Source: a virus | Lineage: Duplodnaviria > Caudoviricetes | DNA: 43,434 bases | IMG/VR virus record: IMGVR_UViG_3300044513_001251 | Span: 1 to 43,434 of that record | Direction: 5' to 3' (one strand) | Shown here: positions 1 to 9,474 of the stretch, piece after piece | Layout of the letters: each line of letters starts with the position of its first letter | Numbering within the stretch: position 1 is the first letter of the stretch | Program-made: the position numbers and the translations under genes | The notes under the pieces: generated by a model | What the model was told of the DNA's origin: nothing | The model's input: only the letters and a program-made list of their open reading frames with translations | Databases searched by the model: none

Positions 1-1
1 G

Positions 2-1006
2 GAGAATAGTATGGGTGAGACCAGGCACGTTGATACCTTCAGACAGGATGCTGTAGTGGAACATGATAAACTTACGGCTGGGATCTTTACCCCAGGCATC
101 AAGAGTGTCAAAGAACTCTTGACGACCGACCTTAGTTTTGTTTACATAAGCACCGTGCTTGCTGGTGATGTGGAGCACATCATAACCACGATCAGCAAAC
201 TCCTGCATCACATTAGTGCCAGTCAGCAATGCCCACAGCACACGAGTGTTAGGAGCAGCAACCAGGATTTTCTGAGCAGCATCATCGTCAAGTTTGGCAA
301 CGATGTCAGTCAGCACCTGGCGGTCATTCTCAGCAGCAAGCAGAGACTTGTTACGCTCGATGTCAACAACGTGAGGCAGAATGGTAGGAGGGATGATGCT
401 ACCATTGCTGATCAACTCAGGAGCAGGCACATTGATCAACTCACTACCATACACATCAGTGTTGTTCATACTGATAGCACCACCACGATACTTAGGAGTG
501 GCAGTCAGATAGTATGCTTGCTTGGCAGTCAGCGAAGCAGCAGCAACTTCTTTGAAGAAGTCACGACGCACAGAGTTGTGTGCCTCATCGTAGTAGATAG
601 TATCTACATCGATGCCTGCCTCATTGACACGGCGGAGAGAATTGTAGGTGGTGAAGATCAGTTGGTGAACACCAGCAGTCTCACACACAACATCATGGCA
701 CTTGATCATATCGATCTTGGTGGTGCTCATGCCATCAACCTCACCGCTGTGAACATGGAGAACTTCCACATTCACTTTGCCGTTCAGTTCAGCAAAGAAC
801 TCTTCATAGAGTTGGACAGACAGCAGGATGCGAGGAGAGACCACTACGATCGTCTGGGGGCGGTCTGCCGCTTGCAGGCGACGCAGAGTGTCAAGGATCA
901 TCACAAGGGTCTTACCGCCGCCTGTGGGGCAGGTAAGACGCCCACGGTCAGCAGACAGCAGAGCATCGAGCATACGCTGCTGGTGAGGGCGAAGGGTCAG
1001 GGTCAT
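2..1006 (-). CDS. SF2 DEAH-box helicase (partial, runs off the left edge of the window)
   Basis: Manual translation from ATG at 1006: MTLTLRPHQQRML...TCPTGGGKT (Walker A), VSPRILLSVQ (Ia), FTTYNSL (Ib), IYYDEAH (II), LTATP (III), ILSEGINVP (V). Open to the window edge; absent from the ORF track. Confidence 0.93.
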   Translation of the reverse strand, partial: MTLTLRPHQQRMLDALLSADRGRLTCPTGGGKTLVMILDTLRRLQAADRPQTIVVVSPRILLSVQLYEEFFAELNGKVNVEVLHVHSGEVDGMSTTKIDMIKCHDVVCETAGVHQLIFTTYNSLRRVNEAGIDVDTIYYDEAHNSVRRDFFKEVAAASLTAKQAYYLTATPKYRGGAISMNNTDVYGSELINVPAPELISNGSIIPPTILPHVVDIERNKSLLAAENDRQVLTDIVAKLDDDAAQKILVAAPNTRVLWALLTGTNVMQEFADRGYDVLHITSKHGAYVNKTKVGRQEFFDTLDAWGKDPSRKFIMFHYSILSEGINVPGLTHTIL

Positions 1007-1028
1007 GCGGTGCGTCGTTGATGAGAAT

Positions 1029-1074
1029 AGTATAGGGCATGAGAAAGGGGTCCGAAGACCCCAGTGTGACAGTT
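1029..1074 (-). promoter_or_regulatory. Probable early promoter for the helicase
   Basis: -10 TATACT (1034-1029) with AACTGTCACA 30 nt upstream; same motif and spacing as at 28325 and 42514. Confidence 0.6.
1044..1062 (-). terminator. GC hairpin with UUCG tetraloop, probable intrinsic terminator
   Basis: GGGGTC-TTCG-GACCCC followed by TTTCT, just downstream of the 1073..1342 stop. Confidence 0.6.
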
Positions 1075-1342
1075 ATTCTTGTGGTCCCCATCCGTCGTTC
1101 TCGGGGACAGTATCATCATCGTCCACTCGGTCAACAGATGCGATGTCGCAAACAGGCACCTCATGCTCACCGCCAATACGATACCAATGCATCATCTGAC
1201 CATGATATTGTGGATGTGCTTGATACTCAATAGTATACTCACGCTCACCCAGATATTTTACTTCGGTTTCTGGGATATTGTGATCACGGAGCATCGCCTG
1301 CAATTGCAGATGCGTCAATTCGAATTGTGTAGGGACTTTCAT
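1073..1342 (-). CDS. Hypothetical protein (89 aa)
   Basis: ORF collinear with its neighbours, with its own promoter and terminator. Confidence 0.75.
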   Translation of the reverse strand: MKVPTQFELTHLQLQAMLRDHNIPETEVKYLGEREYTIEYQAHPQYHGQMMHWYRIGGEHEVPVCDIASVDRVDDDDTVPENDGWGPQE

Positions 1343-1364
1343 GCTGTTTCACAAGTGTCTCACC

Positions 1365-1394
1365 ACCATAGCATGAGGGTCAACCCCCTGTCAA
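1365..1394 (-). promoter_or_regulatory. Sigma70-like promoter
   Basis: TTGACA-N18-TATGGT with an extended TG, upstream of the ATG at 1342. Confidence 0.5.
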
Positions 1395-1753
1395 CCTTCA
1401 GATGCTGGTGGATTTACATTCTCAAATACAATGTTAGCATTTTGATCAAAGACTAACACTCGAAAATAGAAATCTGGATCGCTGCAATATGCTTGTGGTG
1501 GAAACCATTCAGATGCATTTAAAACTGCAACTTCTTCGCTACTATATTCAATGGCACAGTCTCTTTCTGCTCCCATGATAGAAATAATATCATCAGGAAC
1601 ATAATCAGCATAGAAGTCTAGACATGCCTGCTTCTTAGCATCATCAAATCCAGAAAATTTCTTATTTTCAAAATGCAATAGACAGACATTGTTCATTGCA
1701 CAATGACTACCTGCTAATTCAAATGAAGATAGACTTTCGATTGCGGTGATCAT
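1391..1753 (-). CDS. Hypothetical protein (120 aa)
   Basis: ATGA overlap with the upstream gene, consistent with translational coupling. Confidence 0.8.
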   Translation of the reverse strand: MITAIESLSSFELAGSHCAMNNVCLLHFENKKFSGFDDAKKQACLDFYADYVPDDIISIMGAERDCAIEYSSEEVAVLNASEWFPPQAYCSDPDFYFRVLVFDQNANIVFENVNPPASEG

Positions 1754-2649
1754 GCTACATCCTCTCCGTTGTCAATTCTAGAAATGAGATCATCTAATGA
1801 TCGTTTGATACTATCTAGGTTTTGATGTTGGTTGCTCCATGGTGTTCCTTCAACTCCAAGTGCAACAGGATTTTCTCTCATTGCACGGATCATCGCATCA
1901 GTATACATTCTATCAGTAATATCTCTGACCATGAGATATCTCACCATCTTATCCTTGAACTGAGTATAGAAGAAGTGAGCAGGTAGTGTCCACTGATCTT
2001 CAGTATCAAGATAAACTGCATCAGGATTGTTTACCTTATATACATTGACAAATGCATCAGGTGACATTGGGAACTTGATAGTTTTTACGTCAGTAACATC
2101 TGCAAATAGTGCAGGAAGATCTCTCAGTTTCTGACGATATGTTGTGTATAGTGCCTTGACATCATCTGATAGTGGACTATCTGGAAGCATTGCAAAATCA
2201 GTCTCTTGCAGTAGGAAGTTACGAGCAAGGCGAACAGTAAACCACGTTTCAGATCTAACCTCACCATACATGCGTCCCATTTCTTCTTGGAACTCTTCAT
2301 TTTGTAGTTGCTCAATGTTGAGGAAAGTTTCTTTTAAAAACTCATAGAAAGATCTAGCAGATTCTACATCTGACTGCTCCATTTCATAATCTTTCCACTC
2401 ATATTCACCAGTTTTAAAGTTTTTAACAAATTTGCGTCTTTGCACATGGTAAGTATTGTTATCATACCAAGTAAATTCCACAAGACGATCCTTTTCAGTA
2501 TCCCATAGAGGATACAACTTAGGACGAACAGTATCGGTCCAATAAGTATCAGGAACAGTCTTCATGATGCCCCTGTAAACAATGGCACGATCCATCAAGT
2601 TCAATTGAATGACCAAATTTGGTACATTACTATCTGCTACAATACCCAT
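1750..2649 (-). CDS. Tail fibre assembly chaperone-domain protein (299 aa)
   Basis: VRLARNFLLQETDFAMLPDSPL...YRQKLRDLP...FP matches the phage tail assembly chaperone signature; lies directly after the fibre genes. Confidence 0.75.
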   Translation of the reverse strand: MGIVADSNVPNLVIQLNLMDRAIVYRGIMKTVPDTYWTDTVRPKLYPLWDTEKDRLVEFTWYDNNTYHVQRRKFVKNFKTGEYEWKDYEMEQSDVESARSFYEFLKETFLNIEQLQNEEFQEEMGRMYGEVRSETWFTVRLARNFLLQETDFAMLPDSPLSDDVKALYTTYRQKLRDLPALFADVTDVKTIKFPMSPDAFVNVYKVNNPDAVYLDTEDQWTLPAHFFYTQFKDKMVRYLMVRDITDRMYTDAMIRAMRENPVALGVEGTPWSNQHQNLDSIKRSLDDLISRIDNGEDVA

Positions 2650-2677
2650 GAGAGGCGAATATACTATGTGCTCCTTC

Positions 2678-2684
2678 TATTTAG
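2678..2684 (-). promoter_or_regulatory. T4-type late promoter (CTAAATA)
   Basis: TAAATA core overlapping the fibre stop codon, about 30 nt before the next ATG. Confidence 0.6.
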
Positions 2685-5600
2685 AATGCTTTAATTAGAT
2701 ACTTGACTAGGAAATATGGTTCAATCAAAGGGATAACTTGATCTGGATCAAGAACAGCAGTTGGAATAATTGGAGTTGCAGATGACAGTGTTAATGTCAA
2801 ATCATTAGCAAAAATACCAGATGTATATGTAGATCCTGCTGCGCCACCAACAGAATATGTTTGCGTATCTCCCGAGATTGGTATTTTACCTTCAGAAGCA
2901 ACAAAGACTAGTTCGGTTGTTTGATCATTTTCGTATGTAATTTCAAGAATACCATAGTTGTCAGAGTTTGTGCTCTGATCCGTTCCTTGTGCTCTGGTTT
3001 GTCTGATGGAAAATCTAGTTGTTTCAGTTTTAGCAGCTTCTGGAAGATCGATACTATAAGTATACCAATTTGTTGGATTGCCCCCAGTTCCTGTTCCATC
3101 ATAGTCAGAATTCAATTGTGCTGTAGTTGGAATTGGAACAAGTTGACCAATAAATCCAGAACTTGGAAAATTTAAACTTTCGTTAGTATTGTAATATAAG
3201 AAAAGTTCGTCACCACCATTTTCTGGAGTTTCTCCACCGTTCTTATCATTACCTCTCGCTGCTTTAACTGTAAGTCTCTTAATATCAGAAGCATCAACAG
3301 TATCCAAAGTAACAAATCTGGTTGATTGGGTGCCACCAAATTTCAAATATGTTGTTGGTTCATCGCTGCTAACAAGAGTTAATCCTTCCAACTCACCAGT
3401 AACTTCACTAAATCCAACGGTAGCATAGTTATTGACACCAACGCCATTTAAGATACGAACTCGTGGTGCTTCCGTGTATCCACTACCAGAATTTGTTAGA
3501 GTAATGCTAGAAATTTTATTTCCAGAAACCTGAACTGTTGCAGCAGCACCAGATCCACCGCCACCACCTTCAAATACAATTGTTGGAACTTGTGTTGTCG
3601 GTAATTTGAAACCATTAGTTGAGTTGGTTCCAACACCAGATGAATAGAAATTTACACCATTATCTTGGTTACCAGATCCAGCAATGAATACATCACCAAT
3701 AGAAATACTCTCTGTTCCACCTTCATAACCAGTAATAGTTTGCCAACTAATCTTAGCATAACCATCAGAACCAGCAGAAGAACTAGTGCCACCATTATTG
3801 ACACCAGCACCACCTTCACCAACAGTAATAGAAACAGAAGATTGTCCAGCAAATGCAGATGCAGGAATTTGAGATACTAAAAGACCACCTGATCCTCCGC
3901 CGCCTCCACCAGAAGTCCAATAACCTCTATCTTCTTTGAGCGTAACGGTAACATATCCATCACCAGTGTTAGTATTTCCTTGTGAAACAACACTAGAGAA
4001 ATAATCAGATCTTACAGCAGAAACACCACGGAAACCACCATATCCTTCTTCGTGACCACCTGATCCACCGCCACCAGCACCTGCTGTTCCACCAGCGTTA
4101 TCACCAGCACGACCACATCCGCCGCCTCCGCCGCCTCCGCCGCCGCCTGTGCAACCATAACCACCACCAGTAGCACCGCCACCAGTAAATAGAGTTTGCG
4201 TAGTTTGGATTACAGTATCACCTGGGTTGGGGTTGTTTCTACCATTCTGACCACAGGATCCCTCGCCAAATCCACCTCCACCACCACCGCCGCCAGCGCC
4301 AGCGATAATAACATTACCAGACTGCAATCTGACTAAGGTAGCAGCACCTCCGCCACCACCATCATTGCTACCGTATCCATCACCTGCTCTTCCACCTTTG
4401 CCTGAATGTGTAGCATTTGCTTGACCATTATATGCTCTACCAGATTGTCCTGGTTGAATTTTAAATATTGTTCCTGATGTAGGATTGCCGTAGTTTGCTT
4501 TAAAATATCTACCAGCACCACCTTCGCCAGCGGCACCACAACCATTACCACCAAAGTTACCACAATCTCTACCACCACCACCTGCTAACTCAAATGTAAG
4601 CGAAATGATACCATAGTTGCTACTAGTTGGATTTGCAGTAAATGATTGATCAGATCCACCAGCGTAAGTAAAATTATATACAACATCTTGTGTTGATGAT
4701 ACTGGTCTAGATCTTCCCTTAGTTCCATTTACTCCAGTAACATTTTGTCCAGCAGTTCCTTCTGAATTAGCAGGAACGACACTAGTGTCATCTAGATTAA
4801 CATTCCAATATGGTCCATCGCCACCGTCACCACCATTTCCACCACTTCCAGTTCCATTTTGTGTGGTAACTACATCACCAGAGAATGTGCCTGTGATCGA
4901 TTGTGTTCCAGCATTACCACCATTTCCTCCAGAATTTGTGCTAGCAGCACCACCACCTGATCCACCACCAGCAGTCATTGTAAGTGGAGTGCCGTTGCCA
5001 ATAGCAAAAGATGATCCTCCACCACTATTTCCAGCAGTAGAATATGATGCACCAGAACCACCAGCGCCAACTAATGTAACAGTTGCTTGATCAATATCAG
5101 CAGGAACAGATGCAGTATAGTTTCCAGCACTACTATATGTTACATTTGTAGTAGCATAAACGGGAACACCATCGGTAACAATAGTTCTGCCGCCAACCAA
5201 ACTTACACTACTAAACTTTTCATTGGTTGGTGTTCCATAATCAGTTTGTTCAACATATGAACCAGCACCTGCACCACCAGAAGCATAGTAGTAACCTTCT
5301 TCTTTAATAGATCCAGAGTTTTGATCACCACCACTCCAATTGTAGATGTCATATGTGCCGACACTGCCATCCAGAATAGGTGCTTTAGATAGAACGTGAG
5401 TGTGGTTATATGCAATACCGCCTGGTGGTAAGAAACTATTAACTTTACCAGTAGATGCTTTGTAAGATACTGTATATCTGTCACCAGATACTGCCTGTGG
5501 AGATGGTGTATCTTGTGGTGCTTCAGAGTGCAACAGGAAGTGTGAGTGCTGTGGAGCACCAGCAATTTTCTTTTCCTGCAATTCTACACTAACAACCTGA

Positions 5601-6490
5601 GCTCCAATAATTGACGCTTCTACAGTTTCGACAACATTTGTATATCCTGTAGTTGTAATGTTACCCAGAGAAAATTGATTTTTCTGAGTATTCTTATCCA
5701 TATACCAATTACCATCAATGGTATTGATACCAACTCCTAGTTCAGAGTTACCAACGTTTGGTGTATTTGATCCATAAACAGGACCATTACCAACAATTCT
5801 TTTTGCAATTAAATCAGGAACTCTAAAAGTTCCCATATTTGTATCTGGCCAATAATCCCAAATATTACTTTTAGTGATATTTTGAATTTGACCAACATCA
5901 GAACTAATTCTAATATTATATGAGGGTGTGGTGCCGCTATTTGTTGCGGAGAATGTTACAGTAGGTGGATTTTCTGGATCGTATCCTTTACCAGGATTTA
6001 ATACTTCAACACCAGTAATAACACCATTGACTACAGTTGCCTCTGCTGTTGCTTGAACAGGAGTAATACCAGCAAATACTTGGTTAGCACCGCTAGGTGG
6101 TGCATCAATAGTAACAGTTACAGTTCCACCCCAACCAGCACCACCATTTGTAATGTCAATGCCATCACTTGCAGTGCCACCATAATCATTTCCAATCGCT
6201 TCAAAGAGTGCTGGATAATCGTGAATATAATATTCTGATCCATCACAATAGATGTAACCAGGATATTGATATTCTGGATTATTCTCTGGTTCAGCGTCAC
6301 CAGAAATTTCAGTATAAGCAGTTGTTCCACCTTCTAGACTTGGAACAATTGCAGGAACATATTCATGATCGAACGATCCTTCAACAGACTTTAATACCTG
6401 AATGATAGTGCCAATTCCTTGACTATCAGGAAACTTGTCTGTGTAATAGAGTTCTCTTCTATTTCTATACTTTGGATTTGTTGCAACCAT
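2681..6490 (-). CDS. Tail-collar domain, glycine-rich tail fibre (1269 aa)
   Basis: Collar motif GYIYCDGSEY...YPALFEAIGNDYGG...FRVPDL; HxH motifs; long Gly-rich region; C-terminus YLIKAF. Confidence 0.85.
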   Translation of the reverse strand: MVATNPKYRNRRELYYTDKFPDSQGIGTIIQVLKSVEGSFDHEYVPAIVPSLEGGTTAYTEISGDAEPENNPEYQYPGYIYCDGSEYYIHDYPALFEAIGNDYGGTASDGIDITNGGAGWGGTVTVTIDAPPSGANQVFAGITPVQATAEATVVNGVITGVEVLNPGKGYDPENPPTVTFSATNSGTTPSYNIRISSDVGQIQNITKSNIWDYWPDTNMGTFRVPDLIAKRIVGNGPVYGSNTPNVGNSELGVGINTIDGNWYMDKNTQKNQFSLGNITTTGYTNVVETVEASIIGAQVVSVELQEKKIAGAPQHSHFLLHSEAPQDTPSPQAVSGDRYTVSYKASTGKVNSFLPPGGIAYNHTHVLSKAPILDGSVGTYDIYNWSGGDQNSGSIKEEGYYYASGGAGAGSYVEQTDYGTPTNEKFSSVSLVGGRTIVTDGVPVYATTNVTYSSAGNYTASVPADIDQATVTLVGAGGSGASYSTAGNSGGGSSFAIGNGTPLTMTAGGGSGGGAASTNSGGNGGNAGTQSITGTFSGDVVTTQNGTGSGGNGGDGGDGPYWNVNLDDTSVVPANSEGTAGQNVTGVNGTKGRSRPVSSTQDVVYNFTYAGGSDQSFTANPTSSNYGIISLTFELAGGGGRDCGNFGGNGCGAAGEGGAGRYFKANYGNPTSGTIFKIQPGQSGRAYNGQANATHSGKGGRAGDGYGSNDGGGGGAATLVRLQSGNVIIAGAGGGGGGGGFGEGSCGQNGRNNPNPGDTVIQTTQTLFTGGGATGGGYGCTGGGGGGGGGGCGRAGDNAGGTAGAGGGGSGGHEEGYGGFRGVSAVRSDYFSSVVSQGNTNTGDGYVTVTLKEDRGYWTSGGGGGGSGGLLVSQIPASAFAGQSSVSITVGEGGAGVNNGGTSSSAGSDGYAKISWQTITGYEGGTESISIGDVFIAGSGNQDNGVNFYSSGVGTNSTNGFKLPTTQVPTIVFEGGGGGSGAAATVQVSGNKISSITLTNSGSGYTEAPRVRILNGVGVNNYATVGFSEVTGELEGLTLVSSDEPTTYLKFGGTQSTRFVTLDTVDASDIKRLTVKAARGNDKNGGETPENGGDELFLYYNTNESLNFPSSGFIGQLVPIPTTAQLNSDYDGTGTGGNPTNWYTYSIDLPEAAKTETTRFSIRQTRAQGTDQSTNSDNYGILEITYENDQTTELVFVASEGKIPISGDTQTYSVGGAAGSTYTSGIFANDLTLTLSSATPIIPTAVLDPDQVIPLIEPYFLVKYLIKAF

Positions 6491-6495
6491 CGTCT

Positions 6496-7881
6496 TTAAT
6501 ACTTAATTAGATATTCCATGATGATATAAGGACTGGTAATTTGATCAAGAGAAGCAACTTGATCAGTTTGCAGTGTCAACGTCGTTTGTAGATTGTCAGG
6601 GGACAACAGGAAACCATTCGTTTTAATTTTATATGTATGTGTTTCCTGAGTAAGAAGAATTTTATGTGAGTGAATGGTAGGATCACCATCATTCTGCACT
6701 AGTTCTTCAATCTCGGTGAAAACATTATTCACCTGGGGATATGATTGTTGGGTCTTCGACTGTGTATTACTATTTAATGGAACAACATCAGATAAACTAG
6801 TTCCTTCCCAATCATTTGGAACGCCAGTTGCACCAGTTACATAGGTAGCGGGAACAGTTCCAGTGTCATTATAACTACCTTGATCTAACTGATTACAACT
6901 TCCAAGTCCAAGACCGAAACTAACAAAGTTTGGTGGTGCAGCGAAGTCAACATCTTCCAAACTAAAATTAGTAGAACTTGTAAGCAAACATTGGTATCTT
7001 AATGAGTTTAGACCAGCAGATCCTGCCAAGTCATAGCAGTAGTTAGAGTAAACAACCTCAAAACCTGTGTTAGTTTCAACTGGTTGAGATCTAGAAGTTT
7101 GACCAGATGCAATCGCCCAACATGGTGGTTGGTTTGTGCCCGCACCTTCGCTACTGCCACCATTAGGATATTGAGTGTTATCTAACCAATCTTGAATTGG
7201 AATAGTTGTTGCAGTAAAGTAAGATCCAATACCCTGAGATCTTGGTTCATTATCTTCGTTAGTAGTTTTAATTCTCAATCTATTTGTGGTTGAGAAGTGC
7301 ATGTGCGAATGCAATGCTAAACTGTCAACTGCTTCTTGATCAGTAAAACCACTATTGTTTGTTCCTTTTGACCAGGATGGTTTTCCTTTCAGTGGAATTT
7401 CATGCGAAGGAACAGCAAAAGTTCCAACATAACTTAACTGAATAACTGTTGTATTTCCTGTAGTTACACCTGATGTTGGTGTAGCAGTGATGCCCATACC
7501 AGATCTTCTTTTCTCGTTACCATTTTGATCTTCAGTAACAATGTTAAGGTAAGATCCAGCAGCAGCACCAGTCGTTGGTTTTGGATACTTAGAACCTAAA
7601 TCTGGAACAATAAATTCATCATCATTGAGAATATCAATCGCATCATTATTAATGTCATATCGAATAAATTTGGATGCAGATCCTACACCCAAAATTTCTG
7701 CTAATTGTGGGTAATCATCTGCTTTGTAGACAGTTCCATCACATTTTAGATAACCAGCAGGTAGAACACTGATATTATCCTCACTATTTGGATCTGTGTT
7801 TGCCAATTCTACTGGCCAAACAATAATACTACCTGTTCCAGATCCGTATTTTGCTCTTTCTTTTGAGTAATGTGATGCCAT
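6496..7881 (-). CDS. Tail-collar domain protein / short tail fibre-like (461 aa)
   Basis: GSIIVWP...PAGYLKCDG...YPQLAEILG...FIVPDL; HSHMH and HSH; C-terminus YLIKY. Confidence 0.85.
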   Translation of the reverse strand: MASHYSKERAKYGSGTGSIIVWPVELANTDPNSEDNISVLPAGYLKCDGTVYKADDYPQLAEILGVGSASKFIRYDINNDAIDILNDDEFIVPDLGSKYPKPTTGAAAGSYLNIVTEDQNGNEKRRSGMGITATPTSGVTTGNTTVIQLSYVGTFAVPSHEIPLKGKPSWSKGTNNSGFTDQEAVDSLALHSHMHFSTTNRLRIKTTNEDNEPRSQGIGSYFTATTIPIQDWLDNTQYPNGGSSEGAGTNQPPCWAIASGQTSRSQPVETNTGFEVVYSNYCYDLAGSAGLNSLRYQCLLTSSTNFSLEDVDFAAPPNFVSFGLGLGSCNQLDQGSYNDTGTVPATYVTGATGVPNDWEGTSLSDVVPLNSNTQSKTQQSYPQVNNVFTEIEELVQNDGDPTIHSHKILLTQETHTYKIKTNGFLLSPDNLQTTLTLQTDQVASLDQITSPYIIMEYLIKY

Positions 7882-9473
7882 CAGAATGCTTTGATTAGGA
7901 ACGTAACAACTAGTGCTGGCATTGATACCTCAGCAATAATATTTAGGGCATCATTGATATCTTCAGGAGCAACTGTGCCTAAACTGATGTCATTAATTGC
8001 AAAGACAGTAGGAGCAGCGAGAGATCCTTGACCCTGAATAATTTCAAAACTGCCATGGTTGTGACCTAAGAAAGAAGAACTATTTGGATCTAACTGTGAA
8101 GTAATATTATTAGTTGTTGTTGGATATGTTCCGTGTCTAAATTCTAATGTTTGATTTGTAAGTTGAGCAGAGTTAATTGTTGGTTGTGATAATTCTAAAG
8201 TGTAAACATAATTAGCATCTGACGATCCTTCTCTGCTGATGGCAACAATCTGTGTGCCTGGGGCGAGAACATTATCAAGGTATACCCACATAAAAGGAAC
8301 AACCTGATCTAGTTCATATGCATCACCAATGTCAGCACCTGCGGGCAAATCAATGGAACTCGCAGTAGGTTCAATTGTAACTCCAGCAACACTCCATGGT
8401 GCAGATGTATCTGGATCATAGTTAACTACAGGTCCAAAGTGGTTTCTTCTGTTAGCAACTTCCATCGGTTTTGGGAAGATACCAGTCCATGCATCCTGAG
8501 CGTGAGTTTTTACTGGATCACTAACATCAAAGGTTGCTGTATATGCACTACCATTAAATTGATATTGTAGATTATCTGCTTTTTGAATTCCTGATGGATG
8601 TTGTCCAGAAGGTGGCCATGATTGTGCAGGGACTTGTCCCCAAGATGCACTTCCACTAAAGAGATAAAATCTATCTGTCTGTGGCAGTGTAAATTCATGC
8701 TGTTCATCACCATAGTATGTGATAGTATTTCTACCCTGCTGCCAAGATGGTGCAGTATCTGGTGCTGTCAATTGACATTCAGAATATCCAAAGTCAGTAA
8801 CACAGTTACCAGAAATGCCACCACCAGTTGTAATACCAGTTGGTTCGAATGGTTGTGGTCCAGCAAACTGTGCGGTTGCTCTACTATATGTTCCTGGGTG
8901 TGAGTGACCAGGAGTGTGGTTAATACCTAATTTTCTATTGATAGTATAGACAGTAGCACTAAAGTCTGGTGGAGCAATTGAAATGTTTGTAAACTTTCCA
9001 CTCATTGATATAGATGCATCCACCGTAAAATCAATATCAGTGTTTGCATTAATAGTGATGGGAATAGGCGAATTCAAACTAATGCTACCAAATCCATCTA
9101 CCAGTGGGTCACCAGTATAAGAATTAGTTACCAACACATCATATGCGTCAGTTTGACCATACTGATATGCTGTCTGTGCAAGATGCGTTGGTTCTAAGTC
9201 AATAGGCATTTGCAGTGTCATATTTGGCACACGAAATTTTCCAGTATATTCTGGAAAATCTCCACCAAATGCTGCATCAGCACCGTATGTATCTCCAATC
9301 TGTGCTGCTAATAAAGGATACCTTGCAGCATCCTGTAGCTTTCCATCGCAAACAATCCAACCTTGGGGGATGTTAGACAGGGCGAAACCTGTATTACCAT
9401 CCCCAGACCAGGGCATGATAGTGCCAATTCTGGCACTCTTCATGAACTTGACTATTCCGTATCTGACTGCCAT
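7881..9473 (-). CDS. Tail-collar domain protein / short tail fibre-like (530 aa)
   Basis: IGTIMPWSG...PQGWIVCDG...YPLLAAQIGDTYG...FRVPNM; GHSH and GHNH; C-terminus FLIKAF. Confidence 0.85.
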   Translation of the reverse strand: MAVRYGIVKFMKSARIGTIMPWSGDGNTGFALSNIPQGWIVCDGKLQDAARYPLLAAQIGDTYGADAAFGGDFPEYTGKFRVPNMTLQMPIDLEPTHLAQTAYQYGQTDAYDVLVTNSYTGDPLVDGFGSISLNSPIPITINANTDIDFTVDASISMSGKFTNISIAPPDFSATVYTINRKLGINHTPGHSHPGTYSRATAQFAGPQPFEPTGITTGGGISGNCVTDFGYSECQLTAPDTAPSWQQGRNTITYYGDEQHEFTLPQTDRFYLFSGSASWGQVPAQSWPPSGQHPSGIQKADNLQYQFNGSAYTATFDVSDPVKTHAQDAWTGIFPKPMEVANRRNHFGPVVNYDPDTSAPWSVAGVTIEPTASSIDLPAGADIGDAYELDQVVPFMWVYLDNVLAPGTQIVAISREGSSDANYVYTLELSQPTINSAQLTNQTLEFRHGTYPTTTNNITSQLDPNSSSFLGHNHGSFEIIQGQGSLAAPTVFAINDISLGTVAPEDINDALNIIAEVSMPALVVTFLIKAF

Positions 9474-9474
9474 A

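Noticed and set aside
11-1021. 336-aa + strand ORF
   Set aside because: Antisense shadow of the minus-strand helicase; no recognisable motifs of its own.
1379-1396. GGTTGAC direct repeat with 11-bp period as a Pho box
   Set aside because: Does not match the cyanobacterial PyTTAAPyPy consensus; better explained as a -35 element.
4119-4147. (CCGCCGCCT)n microsatellite as a phase-variation tract
   Set aside because: In-frame poly-Gly codons of the fibre; slippage would not change the frame.
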